Shown here: one piece after another, positions 39,748 through 49,910 of the stretch
Position numbering within the stretch: the stretch's first letter is position 1
How the letters are laid out: each line of letters opens with the position of its first letter
From: Fibrobacteria bacterium
GTDB lineage: Bacteria; Fibrobacterota; Fibrobacteria; UBA11236; JADFYW01
Assembly: GCA_050294405.1 (NCBI GenBank)
Contig: JBNKOC010000016.1
Location: forward strand, 256,001-320,000
DNA: 64,000 bases
Direction of reading: 5' to 3'
Translations under genes and position numbers: made by a program
Notes under the pieces: model-generated
What the model was told of the DNA's origin: nothing
Databases searched by the model: none
What the model saw: only the letters and a program-made list of their open reading frames with translations

Positions 39748-41268
39748 TTAAGGCAATATCAGCAGGTTATAGCTTTTTTTTGGAGATTGTAACTTCAAAA
39801 CAAGGCTATTCCCTTTAACTGTATTTTGAATTAGCAGACCCTGGTATAATTCATTGCCACTAACTTTTCTTCTGTATATATGTGTTCCGTTAATATGGTA
39901 AACATCCAACACGAAAATACCGGGGTCTGGATTACGGGAGTGCATAAAAAGTTTGCCCCGGCTATAGAAAATTTGGGAAGCTCTCTCCTTGCCCCCTGTT
40001 ATTTTAACTATTTCCAGACCAAGCTCTATGGCTCCCAAATCAGGTTTTTCACCGGCAAAGTCCAAACCTTCCAGAATTCCTCCTGCATCAACAAGTATTC
40101 CATTTTCTACTGGCTGTAAGAATCCATTGCTCAAAGGGTTATCATTGGGACCTGGGGTCATGGATACAAAATCTGACTGTGAAACGGAAACAGGCCATTC
40201 TGTGTCCTGGTCATTTAAGGCATTTGGTCCAATGAGGTTGCCTACAATTCTGTCTGTATGCCCTCCGCCCAGGCTCAGATTATTCGCAAATTGGTGGCTG
40301 GCTCCATCTCTGGTATGGAAATTATAGTCCCCATTATTATAGGAGCTATTATTAAAAAATTGTATGCTGGATGTGTTCCCATTGTCGGTAAAACCATGTT
40401 TGCCATTATTAAAGGCAACGCAATGTATGACCCTATGGTTCACTAAAATTCCTGAGCTTCCCAATTTAAAGCCATTTTTATCCCCATTTCCAGAACTGGA
40501 GCCATCACTAAGAGTACCATTGTTATGGGCGATACAATATTCCAAAGTGACTTCACCAATGGGACCGGTTTCTGACTTGGCATACAAATCCCATCCATCG
40601 TCTATGTTGTGGTGGGATATGCAATGGCGAAAAACATTGCCCACACCTGTTGTTAGTTTTGGAGCGAAGCCATCTGCGTCCTCATGATCGCTGTCGGAAT
40701 TATCATGGGATATACATCCAACAATTAAATTGTGTGAGGGCCAATCCTCTATGGATTCAGCATTTGTGTTATACCTGCTCAATTGCAGACCGGAATCGCG
40801 GTTTTTGCGAAATATACAGTTTTTAATTTGATTATAACTCCCGGACAACAACATTCCATTGTCGCCAGCTTCTTCAATAACCAATCCTGAAATTTCCCAA
40901 TAGTCTCCATCCATAATTACCCCCCTGTTTGAAGGGTCCTCTTCCATCTGGCTGAAATTAAATATGGCCTCTCCATTTTCTATGGCGAGCATTTTTATGG
41001 GGCTATTTTCTTCCCCCGTGGCATTAATTAACAAGCTGGTATTAAGGCTGTAAATCCCGGACTGGAGCCAAATGATGTCTCCAGCTTGCGCCTTGCTTAA
41101 GGCACTCGAAACATCCAATGGCTCTTCTGCTAATCCTGATGCATCTGGTTCACCGTTGGGGGACACATAAAATTCTCTGGCCGAAACCGTTGCTGCAAGG
41201 AAAAATAACCCTAGTGTGAATTTTCGGGCAAAATAATTAAAACGAAATTTGTTAATTCCTATCTTCAT
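39748..41268 (-). CDS. Secreted PL9-like pectate lyase (right-handed beta-helix) with C-terminal sorting-like domain; ATG at 41268 after AGGAGG
   Basis: YVSPNG, AGDNG, DADGFAPK, NIDDGWDLY, GDKNGFKLG, HGFTDNGN. Confidence 0.85.
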   Translation of the reverse strand: MKIGINKFRFNYFARKFTLGLFFLAATVSAREFYVSPNGEPDASGLAEEPLDVSSALSKAQAGDIIWLQSGIYSLNTSLLINATGEENSPIKMLAIENGEAIFNFSQMEEDPSNRGVIMDGDYWEISGLVIEEAGDNGMLLSGSYNQIKNCIFRKNRDSGLQLSRYNTNAESIEDWPSHNLIVGCISHDNSDSDHEDADGFAPKLTTGVGNVFRHCISHHNIDDGWDLYAKSETGPIGEVTLEYCIAHNNGTLSDGSSSGNGDKNGFKLGSSGILVNHRVIHCVAFNNGKHGFTDNGNTSSIQFFNNSSYNNGDYNFHTRDGASHQFANNLSLGGGHTDRIVGNLIGPNALNDQDTEWPVSVSQSDFVSMTPGPNDNPLSNGFLQPVENGILVDAGGILEGLDFAGEKPDLGAIELGLEIVKITGGKERASQIFYSRGKLFMHSRNPDPGIFVLDVYHINGTHIYRRKVSGNELYQGLLIQNTVKGNSLVLKLQSPKKSYNLLILP

Positions 41269-41478
41269 GTTAAACCTCCTTTTCATAATATGGGTATTCC
41301 CGGGTAATTCCATTTTGCGTATTTTGCACAAATGTTTAATTAAAATAAACAAAGCCTGGATAATTATTTTTTTTCCTCATATCTGATTGAAATTTTTCAC
41401 TAATGAAATTTTATGCGGAATGGCATATCATTGATAATGCGGCATATAAAAGATAAGTTTTTAACAGAGAAAAATTTT

Positions 41479-42294
41479 ATGGAAATAAAAAGCATGTTGG
41501 CGCCGGTAATATACATACCCCATGGGGGAGGTCCCCTTCCACTATTGGGAGATCCGGGCCACCAGTCCCTAATTCGATTCTTAAAAAATTATCCAACTAA
41601 AATTTCAAGGCCAGAAGCTATTCTTGTAATCAACGCCCATTGGGAAGAAGAAGCCGCCACTATTCAGGCAAATTCAAACCCTGGCATGTTTTACGATTAT
41701 TATGGTTTTCCCCAGGAGTCTTATGAAATAAAATATCCAGCTCCCGCAGCACTTGAATTGGCTGAGGAAATTTCCAAATTGTTAAAAAACGCCGAAATAA
41801 ATTATAAGCAGGATTCTGAGCGTGGATATGATCATGGGCTTTTTGTGCCTTTAAAACTTATGTATCCCGATGCGGATATCCCTTGTTTGCAATTATCTCT
41901 TTTGAAAAATTTAGATCCTGAATCCCATATTAATTTGGGGGAGGCCTTATCTGAACTTAGAAATAGAAATATTCTTGTGGTTGGATCGGGATTATCCTTT
42001 CATAACATGCGCGCTTTATTTTCCTTCTCAAAAGAAAGCCAAAATCAGGCCATGCAATTTAATAGTTGGCTCATTAATATGTTTAGAGATGAAAACCAGA
42101 GTTATGAAAACAAAAAGGAAGCACTAATAAATTGGAAGAATGCCCCAGGTGCTTTATTTTGCCACCCTCGGGAAGAACATCTTTTGCCCCTACATGTTTG
42201 TTTTGGCTTATGTAAAGAAAATTCCGAGCAATGCAATATTGAGTATAAAGATGATTTTATGGGATATCCAGTCTGTGCCATTAGCTGGAATTAA
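41479..42294 (+). CDS. DODA/LigB-type extradiol ring-cleavage dioxygenase
   Basis: YIPHGGGP, NAHWE, YDYYGFP, RGYDHG, GSGLSFHNM, HPREEHLLPL. Confidence 0.92.
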   Translation: MEIKSMLAPVIYIPHGGGPLPLLGDPGHQSLIRFLKNYPTKISRPEAILVINAHWEEEAATIQANSNPGMFYDYYGFPQESYEIKYPAPAALELAEEISKLLKNAEINYKQDSERGYDHGLFVPLKLMYPDADIPCLQLSLLKNLDPESHINLGEALSELRNRNILVVGSGLSFHNMRALFSFSKESQNQAMQFNSWLINMFRDENQSYENKKEALINWKNAPGALFCHPREEHLLPLHVCFGLCKENSEQCNIEYKDDFMGYPVCAISWN

Positions 42295-42380
42295 GCCGTT
42301 TTGTAATGATTTAAATAATGATAACAAAATATCATCATTACTAGAATTGGCAAACTCAAAATTGCAGTTTAAGCTTGGAC

Positions 42381-42413
42381 AAAAAAAAGCTGCCTTTATG
42401 CGAGGCAGCTTTT
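42381..42413. terminator. Bidirectional intrinsic terminator
   Basis: A8-GCTGCCT-TTATGCG-AGGCAGC-TTTT. Confidence 0.8.
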
Positions 42414-42434
42414 AATGCAATTAAAAGGTTGAAT

Positions 42435-44651
42435 TTATTTTAGGAAATTAAGTTTTCCCCGTAAGCTTTTGTTGTTTACATCCATAAAAATGTAAGTGTA
42501 AGCCCCTTGGCTTAAGTTCTCCATTTTGCTTTGACTCCAGCTTTGGCTGTTTGAATTGTAGCTGGATTGGAATACTTCCTTACCGTTTAGATTGTATACC
42601 CTAATTACGCCGGATTCCAATTGGCCATGGGGTAAGAGTTCAACGGAATTGGGTAAAATATTAAAACGCATAGCATATTTTGGGATGCTATTTTGTTTAA
42701 CACCAATAATTTCGATTGGATTGTATGCCTCTGCGGCTTCAGGTAAATAATCTGGTGTGCAAGGTCTGGTTCCGGCAGTGTTGATACCGGCATCCTGCCT
42801 AGCGGAGGTGATGTATTCATCTTCATTGTCAAAGCTACTCCAAAGGGCCGTTTCACCGTTAACATTGGGGGATTCGGCTAAAGTTACCAAAGCTTCCAAG
42901 CGGACATGGGGGTGATCGTCATTTACAGCACATTCGTCCACAATAGCTTGTGCGGAAGCGGCGGTTCTGGGCATGGCACGTAACACATTACGACGGGTTG
43001 CCCAAGCGGGGTGTTTTAACAATTCCTGTAATTTAGGCATCCAACGAGAAGAGTTATCTTCAAGTTCTCCCAAACCTTCCAGCACCCAGATGGCATGAGT
43101 AACAATGGGGTCGTTTTCCATATCATCCACGAAGCGTCCATTATCCAGAATATCTTCCAAATGATTTAAAAGCGCATCGTTTGCTCCGCCATATATTAAA
43201 TGCCTTTGGGCTAATAATCTCCAGTTAAAATTGCTGTGGCCTAAAGCTGCAATTAACTGGTCTTGGGTTTCCATTGGGGGATAGGCATCCACAGTTCCAT
43301 CCTCTGGAATAATGCGATATAAATGAGATTTGGTCTTAGTGCGTAGTTCATTAACCCAAGCAAAGGTTCCCTGAATTTGGGGTTGAGCTGGGTTGTGTAA
43401 AAATAAATAGTTATACCAGTCTACCACCCATAGTCCTCCATCAGGGCCAGTTTTAACCCTTAAAGGAGCAAACCATGCATCTGTGGAACCAATTATCCGT
43501 GAGGCAGCCTGTGTGCGGGGGGTAACATTCCATGTGCTTCCATCCACTTCCAAATCATCCTGGCGGCAATGTTTAGTGGCTCCTTCACATACATACAGAC
43601 GGTTGTTAAATTCGGGAGGAAGTAATCGGGCTGTGTAAAAATCATGCCCGGAAACTGCGGTGTGAACAGAGGGGCCGGAAGAGGAACCTTCCCATAAATA
43701 CAAATCAGTAGTAGGAGGATAAAAGGAAGCATATTGTTGAACTAATTTAATGGCATCTTCACCTTGGCGAATGGAGTGCTGGCTGTACCAACTGGTGGTA
43801 GCTGATGACTGAAAGATTTCGCCGTTTTCCATTTGTCCAACACCATAAGCATTTGGAACTCCACCGGTCCAGATTTCAAATTTTGTTTGTCTATTGCCGA
43901 TTTTAGTATGTTGAAATCTCCAAACTTTGCCACCACTGCAATCCACACCGTTAACATTACACCCTGCCCAACCGGTTATGCCGTAAACCCAGTTGTCCAA
44001 GCTATACATTAAGCTGCTCATTTGGCTGTGGGTGTCAAAGCTGGTGGAATTGGCTCCACCACCGGAAAATAAGACCTCAGGTGTTCCACCCACATCATTG
44101 TTGTTGGGGATAAAAAAGATTTGAGGGTGAGCGGTAACTACCACACCGCCTTTTACTATGGCAATGCTGTTTGGAACAGTAAGCCCTTTATAAAATTCTT
44201 TAAAGCTGTCCATGGCTCCATCACCATCAGTGTCTTCGAAAATTAATATCCGGCCTTTTCCGCCAGCGGCTTTGTCTGCCGCAATTGGCCCTGGGTAATC
44301 ACGTGTGTCCAGCGCCCAAACACGGCCTCTTTCATCAAAATCAAAGTTTTGAAAATAGGCCAGTCCTTCACCTTCACCGGGAGTCAAATGGGAGGCTATA
44401 ATTTCAGCCTTTAGGCCTTGCGGCACAGACAAACAATTAATGGAGCCTTGTGGGTCCAGAGAATTTTGAAGAGTCCCGGGAGGGAATAAATTTGTGGGTT
44501 GAGGCTGTGTAGGAAATTGGTCCCATTCATCTTGAGGAGGAGCGTTGTAACGAGTGAGCTCCGGGCAATTACCATTACTTGCAATAGGCTGACTCCAGGT
44601 TATTCCAGCCATGGCTATGAAAGCACTAAAAACCAATCCAATCCGAACCAT
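42435..44651 (-). CDS. Secreted beta-propeller of the PVC-type membrane-bound dehydrogenase family (TIGR02604-like), with HEAT-like repeats and C-terminal sorting-like domain; paralog 1
   Basis: FDERGRVW..DYP, IFEDTDGDG, DTH, GPDGGLWVVDWYN. Signal peptide after ATG 44651 with AAGGAG RBS. Confidence 0.8.
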   Translation of the reverse strand: MVRIGLVFSAFIAMAGITWSQPIASNGNCPELTRYNAPPQDEWDQFPTQPQPTNLFPPGTLQNSLDPQGSINCLSVPQGLKAEIIASHLTPGEGEGLAYFQNFDFDERGRVWALDTRDYPGPIAADKAAGGKGRILIFEDTDGDGAMDSFKEFYKGLTVPNSIAIVKGGVVVTAHPQIFFIPNNNDVGGTPEVLFSGGGANSTSFDTHSQMSSLMYSLDNWVYGITGWAGCNVNGVDCSGGKVWRFQHTKIGNRQTKFEIWTGGVPNAYGVGQMENGEIFQSSATTSWYSQHSIRQGEDAIKLVQQYASFYPPTTDLYLWEGSSSGPSVHTAVSGHDFYTARLLPPEFNNRLYVCEGATKHCRQDDLEVDGSTWNVTPRTQAASRIIGSTDAWFAPLRVKTGPDGGLWVVDWYNYLFLHNPAQPQIQGTFAWVNELRTKTKSHLYRIIPEDGTVDAYPPMETQDQLIAALGHSNFNWRLLAQRHLIYGGANDALLNHLEDILDNGRFVDDMENDPIVTHAIWVLEGLGELEDNSSRWMPKLQELLKHPAWATRRNVLRAMPRTAASAQAIVDECAVNDDHPHVRLEALVTLAESPNVNGETALWSSFDNEDEYITSARQDAGINTAGTRPCTPDYLPEAAEAYNPIEIIGVKQNSIPKYAMRFNILPNSVELLPHGQLESGVIRVYNLNGKEVFQSSYNSNSQSWSQSKMENLSQGAYTYIFMDVNNKSLRGKLNFLK

Positions 44652-44878
44652 TCTTGTATCTCCTTGATTATTGGCTTTGCCCAAAATAGCCAATAGGTTA
44701 AATCCCCTTAAAACAGGCAAAAGGCAAAACCAATCTAAAACAGGCTAATTCAGCCAATTAGCGATGGCGATTTTACCCCCCCGAGTGCATCTGCCTCTAA
44801 GATAGGTAAAAAAATCCAAACAGGCCCTTAATTTTTTAGCACAAATACAAGTTTTTTAGAAACTTTTGGATAACGGAC

Positions 44879-44912
44879 AAAAAAAAAGCCGCTTTATTCA
44901 AGCGGCTTTTTT
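44879..44912. terminator. Bidirectional intrinsic terminator after paralog 2
   Basis: A9-GCCGCTT-TATTC-AAGCGGC-T6. Confidence 0.85.
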
Positions 44913-44928
44913 CTTAAAGAGTTAAAAA

Positions 44929-47148
44929 CTATTTCAAAACATTCAGGCGACCAGAAAGCTGGCTTCCTTTGGAATCTTTGAAAACATAGGTGTAGGCACC
45001 TTGATTAAGTCCCTTAATTTTGCTGTTAGACCAGCTTCTGGCTTCAGAGTCATAACTGGATTGAAAAACTTCTTTACCAGAAATATTGTAAAGATGAATC
45101 TTTCCACTGTTCAGCTGGCCATGTGGCAACAATTCAATGTAATCTGAAAACTGATTGAATTGCAATTTGTAGCTGGCGATAGCTGGACCTGCGGAATTTA
45201 TAGATAGGCTGAACATTTCGCCTTCGGCATCGTAATCAGGTGTGCAGGGACGGGACTGTGATGTTCCCACACCAGCTCCTTGGCGTGCTGAAGTGATGTA
45301 ATTGTCCACTCCATCAAAGGTGGTCCACAAGGCAGTTTCTCCACTTACATTGGGTGACTCTTCCAAAGCGACCATAGCTTGTAAGCGAACGTGGCCATGG
45401 TCATCGTTAACCGCACATTCGTCCACAATAGCCTGGGAAGTGGCGCTAGTTCTAGGCATAGCCATTAGAACATTACGACGGGTAGCCCAAGCGGGGTGTT
45501 TTAACAGAGCTTGCATTTTGGGTCCCCAACGGCTTGGATTGTCTTCCAATTCGCCAAGACCTTCTAATACCCAAACCGCATGAGTCACAATGGGATCATT
45601 ATCCATTTCATCCACATAACGGCTGTTATCTAAGATCATTTCCAATGTGTCCAGTAAACCAGCGTTAGCTCCGCCATAAATTAGCTTTCTTTGGGCCAAA
45701 AGTCTCCAGGTGAAGTTGCTGTGACCTAAAGCAGCCAAAGTTTGTTGTTGGTTATCCAACGCAGGGTAAGGATCTACGTTTCCATCTTCAGGAATAATGC
45801 GATAGATATGAGATTTTTCTTTTTGACGTAATTCATTTCTCCACGCCCCTGTTTGTCCAAGACCAGGGGAAGCAGGATTATGCAAAAAGAGATAGTTGTA
45901 CCAATCCACAACCCATAGCCCGCCATCGGGACCTGTTCTTACTTTTAATGGAGCAAACCATGCATCGGTAGAACCGATAATACGCGAAGCGGCCTGAGTT
46001 CTTTGGTTCACTTTCCAGGTACTTCCAGTTTGGCCGCCACCAGAGCTTACTTCCAGGTCGTCCTGACGGCAATGTTTAGTAGCTCCTTCACAAACATATA
46101 GCCTTTTATTGTATTCCAAAGGAAGCAAACGGGCCGTATAAAAGTCGTGGCCGGAAACTGCTGTGTGAACGGAAGTTCCATTATTTCCACCTTCCCAAAG
46201 ATACAAGTCGTTTGTGGGAGGGTAAAAATCGGCACGGTTAGGAACAAGACCAATGGAAGATTGACCTCTGCGAATAGAGTGGCTGCTGTAAATGGAAACA
46301 GTCGCTGCGGATTGGAAAATTTCTCCATTTTCCATTTGACCAATTCCAGCGGCATTTGCAGGTCCGGTGGTCCAAACCTGGAAGGCGTTTTCGGAATGGC
46401 CGATTTTTGTGTGTCTAAAGCGCCATACACGTCCGCCACCACAATTGGTGCCGTTGTAATTACATCCGTTATAGCCTGTTTGTCCGTAAATCCAGTTGTC
46501 CAAGCTATACATAAGACTGTTTAACTGACCGTGGGTATCAAATCCTGTGGTGTTGGGATCGCCAGTGGAAAAAAGCACTTCGGGAGTGCCGCCAACGTCG
46601 TTGTTGTTGGGGATAAAGAAAATTTGGGGAGTAGCGGTTACGACCACGCCGCCTTTTACCAAGGCCAAGCTAGTGGGGATAACCAACCCCTTGTAGAATT
46701 CTTTAAAGTTATCCATGGCGCCGTCACCATCGGTGTCTTCGAAAATTAATATTCTTCCCTGGCCACCGGTTGCTTTGTTCTGGGCAATTGGATAGGGGTA
46801 ATCGCGAACGTCCAAGGCCCAAACACGGCCCCTTTCGTCAAAGGTAAAATACTGCAAATAGGCCATGCCTTCACCGTCCCCGGGTGTAAGATGAGACGCC
46901 ACGATTTGCGCTTTCAAACCGCTAGGTACGGACAGGCAGTTGATTGATTCTTGAGGATCCAAAGAGTTTTGAATGGTTCCCCAGGTATTTCTATCTGCTG
47001 GTTTAATTGGAAATTGTAACCAATCGTCCTCTTGTGGTGCATCGTAACGAGTCAACTGAGGGCAATTGCCGGTTTTTTCTATAGGCTGTCCCCAAATAAC
47101 TCCTGTTATTAATAATACAGCCCAAAAAGCCATGCTTTTGCGAATCAT
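44929..47148 (-). CDS. Paralog 2 of the secreted dehydrogenase-like beta-propeller
   Basis: Co-linear and highly similar to 42435-44651 along its whole length. Confidence 0.8.
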   Translation of the reverse strand: MIRKSMAFWAVLLITGVIWGQPIEKTGNCPQLTRYDAPQEDDWLQFPIKPADRNTWGTIQNSLDPQESINCLSVPSGLKAQIVASHLTPGDGEGMAYLQYFTFDERGRVWALDVRDYPYPIAQNKATGGQGRILIFEDTDGDGAMDNFKEFYKGLVIPTSLALVKGGVVVTATPQIFFIPNNNDVGGTPEVLFSTGDPNTTGFDTHGQLNSLMYSLDNWIYGQTGYNGCNYNGTNCGGGRVWRFRHTKIGHSENAFQVWTTGPANAAGIGQMENGEIFQSAATVSIYSSHSIRRGQSSIGLVPNRADFYPPTNDLYLWEGGNNGTSVHTAVSGHDFYTARLLPLEYNKRLYVCEGATKHCRQDDLEVSSGGGQTGSTWKVNQRTQAASRIIGSTDAWFAPLKVRTGPDGGLWVVDWYNYLFLHNPASPGLGQTGAWRNELRQKEKSHIYRIIPEDGNVDPYPALDNQQQTLAALGHSNFTWRLLAQRKLIYGGANAGLLDTLEMILDNSRYVDEMDNDPIVTHAVWVLEGLGELEDNPSRWGPKMQALLKHPAWATRRNVLMAMPRTSATSQAIVDECAVNDDHGHVRLQAMVALEESPNVSGETALWTTFDGVDNYITSARQGAGVGTSQSRPCTPDYDAEGEMFSLSINSAGPAIASYKLQFNQFSDYIELLPHGQLNSGKIHLYNISGKEVFQSSYDSEARSWSNSKIKGLNQGAYTYVFKDSKGSQLSGRLNVLK

Positions 47149-47541
47149 TTTTTTATCTCCTTATTTTGGACGTGCTTTTGATGCACGCATTTTAATTCCC
47201 CTTAATATAAGGTGGAAGCAAACATTAAGCCATTCAAAATTTTGGAAATTTAAGGACAGAAAGGCAACCGAAAGCCAAAAAGTTTATTTAATATACACAT
47301 GAGTAAACAGTTTTTTCCCCACAAAATTCAAACTTTGGAGCCCTTCCAAATTTGCTAAAAAAGCCTTATGGCGGAGCTTTGAATAAACCTGTCAATTCAC
47401 TAATTAGAGAACAATTTTGGAAAAAGCCTATCGCGAAAATCCAAATTTATTGCCATTTTAATAAGGAAACAGGATTGAAATATTAGCTAAAAATTTAAGG
47501 GCAGATTTTTCAGCCCTTCTTATCTTTGGAATTGAGGAAAA

Positions 47542-48141
47542 TTGTTTAATAATACCGGTCAGAAGGGGACTGTTCCTTTGGAGCAATGGGGCGGATTAAA
47601 GAATCTGGTTGGTAAAAATTGGCCAAGCTCCAAACTATCTCTCCCAATACTCTTAGCTTTTGGGCTGGGCCTGCAAAACTGCCTTTTGGACAAAGGTCCT
47701 GCAAAAAGCGAGTTTAACAATCCGGATGGCCTTAAAATAAACGAGATCCTGGCCCAAAGTGATACAGAGGACGATTGGCTGGAACTTTATGCGGCAGGCA
47801 AGTCTGATGTAAATCTTGAGCAATACACTTTGGCGGATGGAAAAAGTGGGCGAATACCGGCTGAGCTTCCAGATATTGTACTGAGCTCTGGGGATTTTAT
47901 CCGAATATTGGCTGTGGATACTCCCTATACAGGGGCCGAATATTATGTTCCCTTCAAGTTAGGCAAAAAGGATGAGCTTAAACTTTTTTACCAGGGGGAT
48001 CTGGCAGATGAAGTAAAATGGGACGAAAATGTTTGGGTTAATGGGAACTCACTGGGACGTTCCCCGGATGGTAGTGATAATTTCGTATCCATGTTACCAA
48101 GCCCGGAAAGTAAAAATAACATTCCTTTGGAAAGCGACTAA
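47542..48141 (+). CDS. Lamin-tail-domain (LTD) putative lipoprotein
   Basis: LKINEILA..DDWLELY, PFKLGK, SLGRSPDG; hydrophobic segment ending in LQNC. Confidence 0.75.
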   Translation: MFNNTGQKGTVPLEQWGGLKNLVGKNWPSSKLSLPILLAFGLGLQNCLLDKGPAKSEFNNPDGLKINEILAQSDTEDDWLELYAAGKSDVNLEQYTLADGKSGRIPAELPDIVLSSGDFIRILAVDTPYTGAEYYVPFKLGKKDELKLFYQGDLADEVKWDENVWVNGNSLGRSPDGSDNFVSMLPSPESKNNIPLESD

Positions 48142-48146
48142 TATAC

Positions 48147-48830
48147 ATGCTGGATTATCTCACCTTACAAACAAGTTCCGCCAATCCCACCTTAATTATG
48201 GTGGTGTATGCCATTTTCTTGTCTTTTATTTTAAGCGCTGCCATCGCCATAACCTACGAAAAGACTTTTAAAGGGTTATCTTACTCCAGGAATTTTGTTC
48301 AGGCTCTGGTTTTGGGAGCCATTGTGGCTGCAACTATTATGCAGGCTATTGGAGACAGTCTGGCCAGGGGTTTGGCTATGATTGGAGCTTTGGCAATTAT
48401 TCGCTTCCGGACAAATTTTAGAGATCCTAAAGATATAATCTTTATGTTTGCAGCTCTGGGAGCGGGTATTTCATGCGGTGTATACGGGTATAGCGCAGGA
48501 ACTGTGGGAACAATTGCTTTTTGCGGGGCGGCTTTTTTACTTAGTAAATCACCCTTTGGCCGCGCCCGTTCCTTTGATGGTATGTTGCGATTTAATATTG
48601 AACATTTGCCAGAGGCAAAACAAAAGCTGGAAAAAATATTAACGGAATCCTGCCAAAATTTCGCCCTTATTTCTTTGAGGGAATTGGCGCAGGGAAATCG
48701 ACTGGATCACTCTTACCATATTAAACTTAAACCCAAAGTTGATGAAGCCAAATTTGTGGAAAATGTTCAAACCATACCCAGCATAAAAGGGGTGAACTTC
48801 CTGCTTCAGGACGCCACCATTGAATTGTAG
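48147..48830 (+). CDS. DUF4956-family membrane protein
   Basis: YSRNFVQAL, IGDSLARGLAMIGALAIIRFRT..RDPKD; TM N-terminus and ACT-like C-terminus. Confidence 0.9.
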   Translation: MLDYLTLQTSSANPTLIMVVYAIFLSFILSAAIAITYEKTFKGLSYSRNFVQALVLGAIVAATIMQAIGDSLARGLAMIGALAIIRFRTNFRDPKDIIFMFAALGAGISCGVYGYSAGTVGTIAFCGAAFLLSKSPFGRARSFDGMLRFNIEHLPEAKQKLEKILTESCQNFALISLRELAQGNRLDHSYHIKLKPKVDEAKFVENVQTIPSIKGVNFLLQDATIEL

Positions 48831-48839
48831 GGAACAAAC

Positions 48840-49910
48840 ATGAAGGCTTTTTATTTTGTATTGATTTTAACAATCCTGGCTGTGATGTCTATAACGGTTT
48901 ACTTCAAAAACAAGGCCAGTATATTTTTTGGTATCGCAGAAAGCAGAGAAATAGCGATAAATTCTGAAAATGCGGTTGAGGTCGGGGAAATTTATGTGGG
49001 ACAGGGCCAAGCAATAGAAGTAGGAGATCCTTTGATAAAGTTGATCAATCCTGAACTCAGTCTGAAAATAAATAATATTTCCCATGAGCTTGATGAACTA
49101 AAGGCGCAAAATGATCTCAATACAGGCAGCCTGCAATATAAGTTAAACCAACTTAAAGCCGAAAAAGCCGCCCGGGAAGATGAGTTTCAAACCCAAATTA
49201 GGGAGCTGGGGGCGCAATACGAACTCAATAAAAAACTGACTTCAAAATTAAAAAGCATTGATACCCTTAAAAAAAATGGGGAGGATAACAATCCAATAAA
49301 CCCAATTCAATTAAAAATCCAAAATTTAAAAAATGAAATGGACCACTCTTTGCGGCAAATTCAAATGCAAATTGATGAGCTAAAATCGGGAATGTCTAAA
49401 GATGAAAATCCCCTGGGCATCAAGATAAATAGTTTGGAGCAGGAATTGGCCTTGTTAAAAGAGGATGAAATTAAACTTAAAATTACAAGTCCAATAAAAG
49501 GGGTAATAGGTTCGGTAAACTATAAACAAGGAGAAAAAGTCTCTCCATTTACCACTTTGCTTACATTGCACAATAAAGCTCCATCATATATCAAAGGCTA
49601 CATACATGAAAAAATATATAGCAAAGTGCAAAATGGGCAGAGTGTTAAAGTTTTCTCCACGAGTGGGAAATCAAACTATGTCAAAGGTGAAATTGTGGGT
49701 GTTGGAAGCCGTATAGTGGAATACCCAATTCGATTGCGCAAAAGACAAGATATACAAATTTGGGGACGGGAAGTTGTTATAAAAATTCCCGAAGAGAACA
49801 GCTTTTTGCTTGGTGAAAAGGTTATGATAGAACCAGAGCTCAACCCATTTAAAAGCTTTTCCCAGTCCGGCGATACATCAGGCGTTTCAGTTCAGGCCTC
49901 AAGTCCATGA
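48840..49910 (+). CDS. HlyD-like membrane-fusion (periplasmic adaptor) protein
   Basis: N-terminal TM, lipoyl-like halves (VGEIYVGQGQAIEVGDPLI; ITSPIKGVIGSVNYKQGEKV) around a long coiled coil, beta-barrel ending LLGEKV. Confidence 0.85.
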   Translation: MKAFYFVLILTILAVMSITVYFKNKASIFFGIAESREIAINSENAVEVGEIYVGQGQAIEVGDPLIKLINPELSLKINNISHELDELKAQNDLNTGSLQYKLNQLKAEKAAREDEFQTQIRELGAQYELNKKLTSKLKSIDTLKKNGEDNNPINPIQLKIQNLKNEMDHSLRQIQMQIDELKSGMSKDENPLGIKINSLEQELALLKEDEIKLKITSPIKGVIGSVNYKQGEKVSPFTTLLTLHNKAPSYIKGYIHEKIYSKVQNGQSVKVFSTSGKSNYVKGEIVGVGSRIVEYPIRLRKRQDIQIWGREVVIKIPEENSFLLGEKVMIEPELNPFKSFSQSGDTSGVSVQASSP

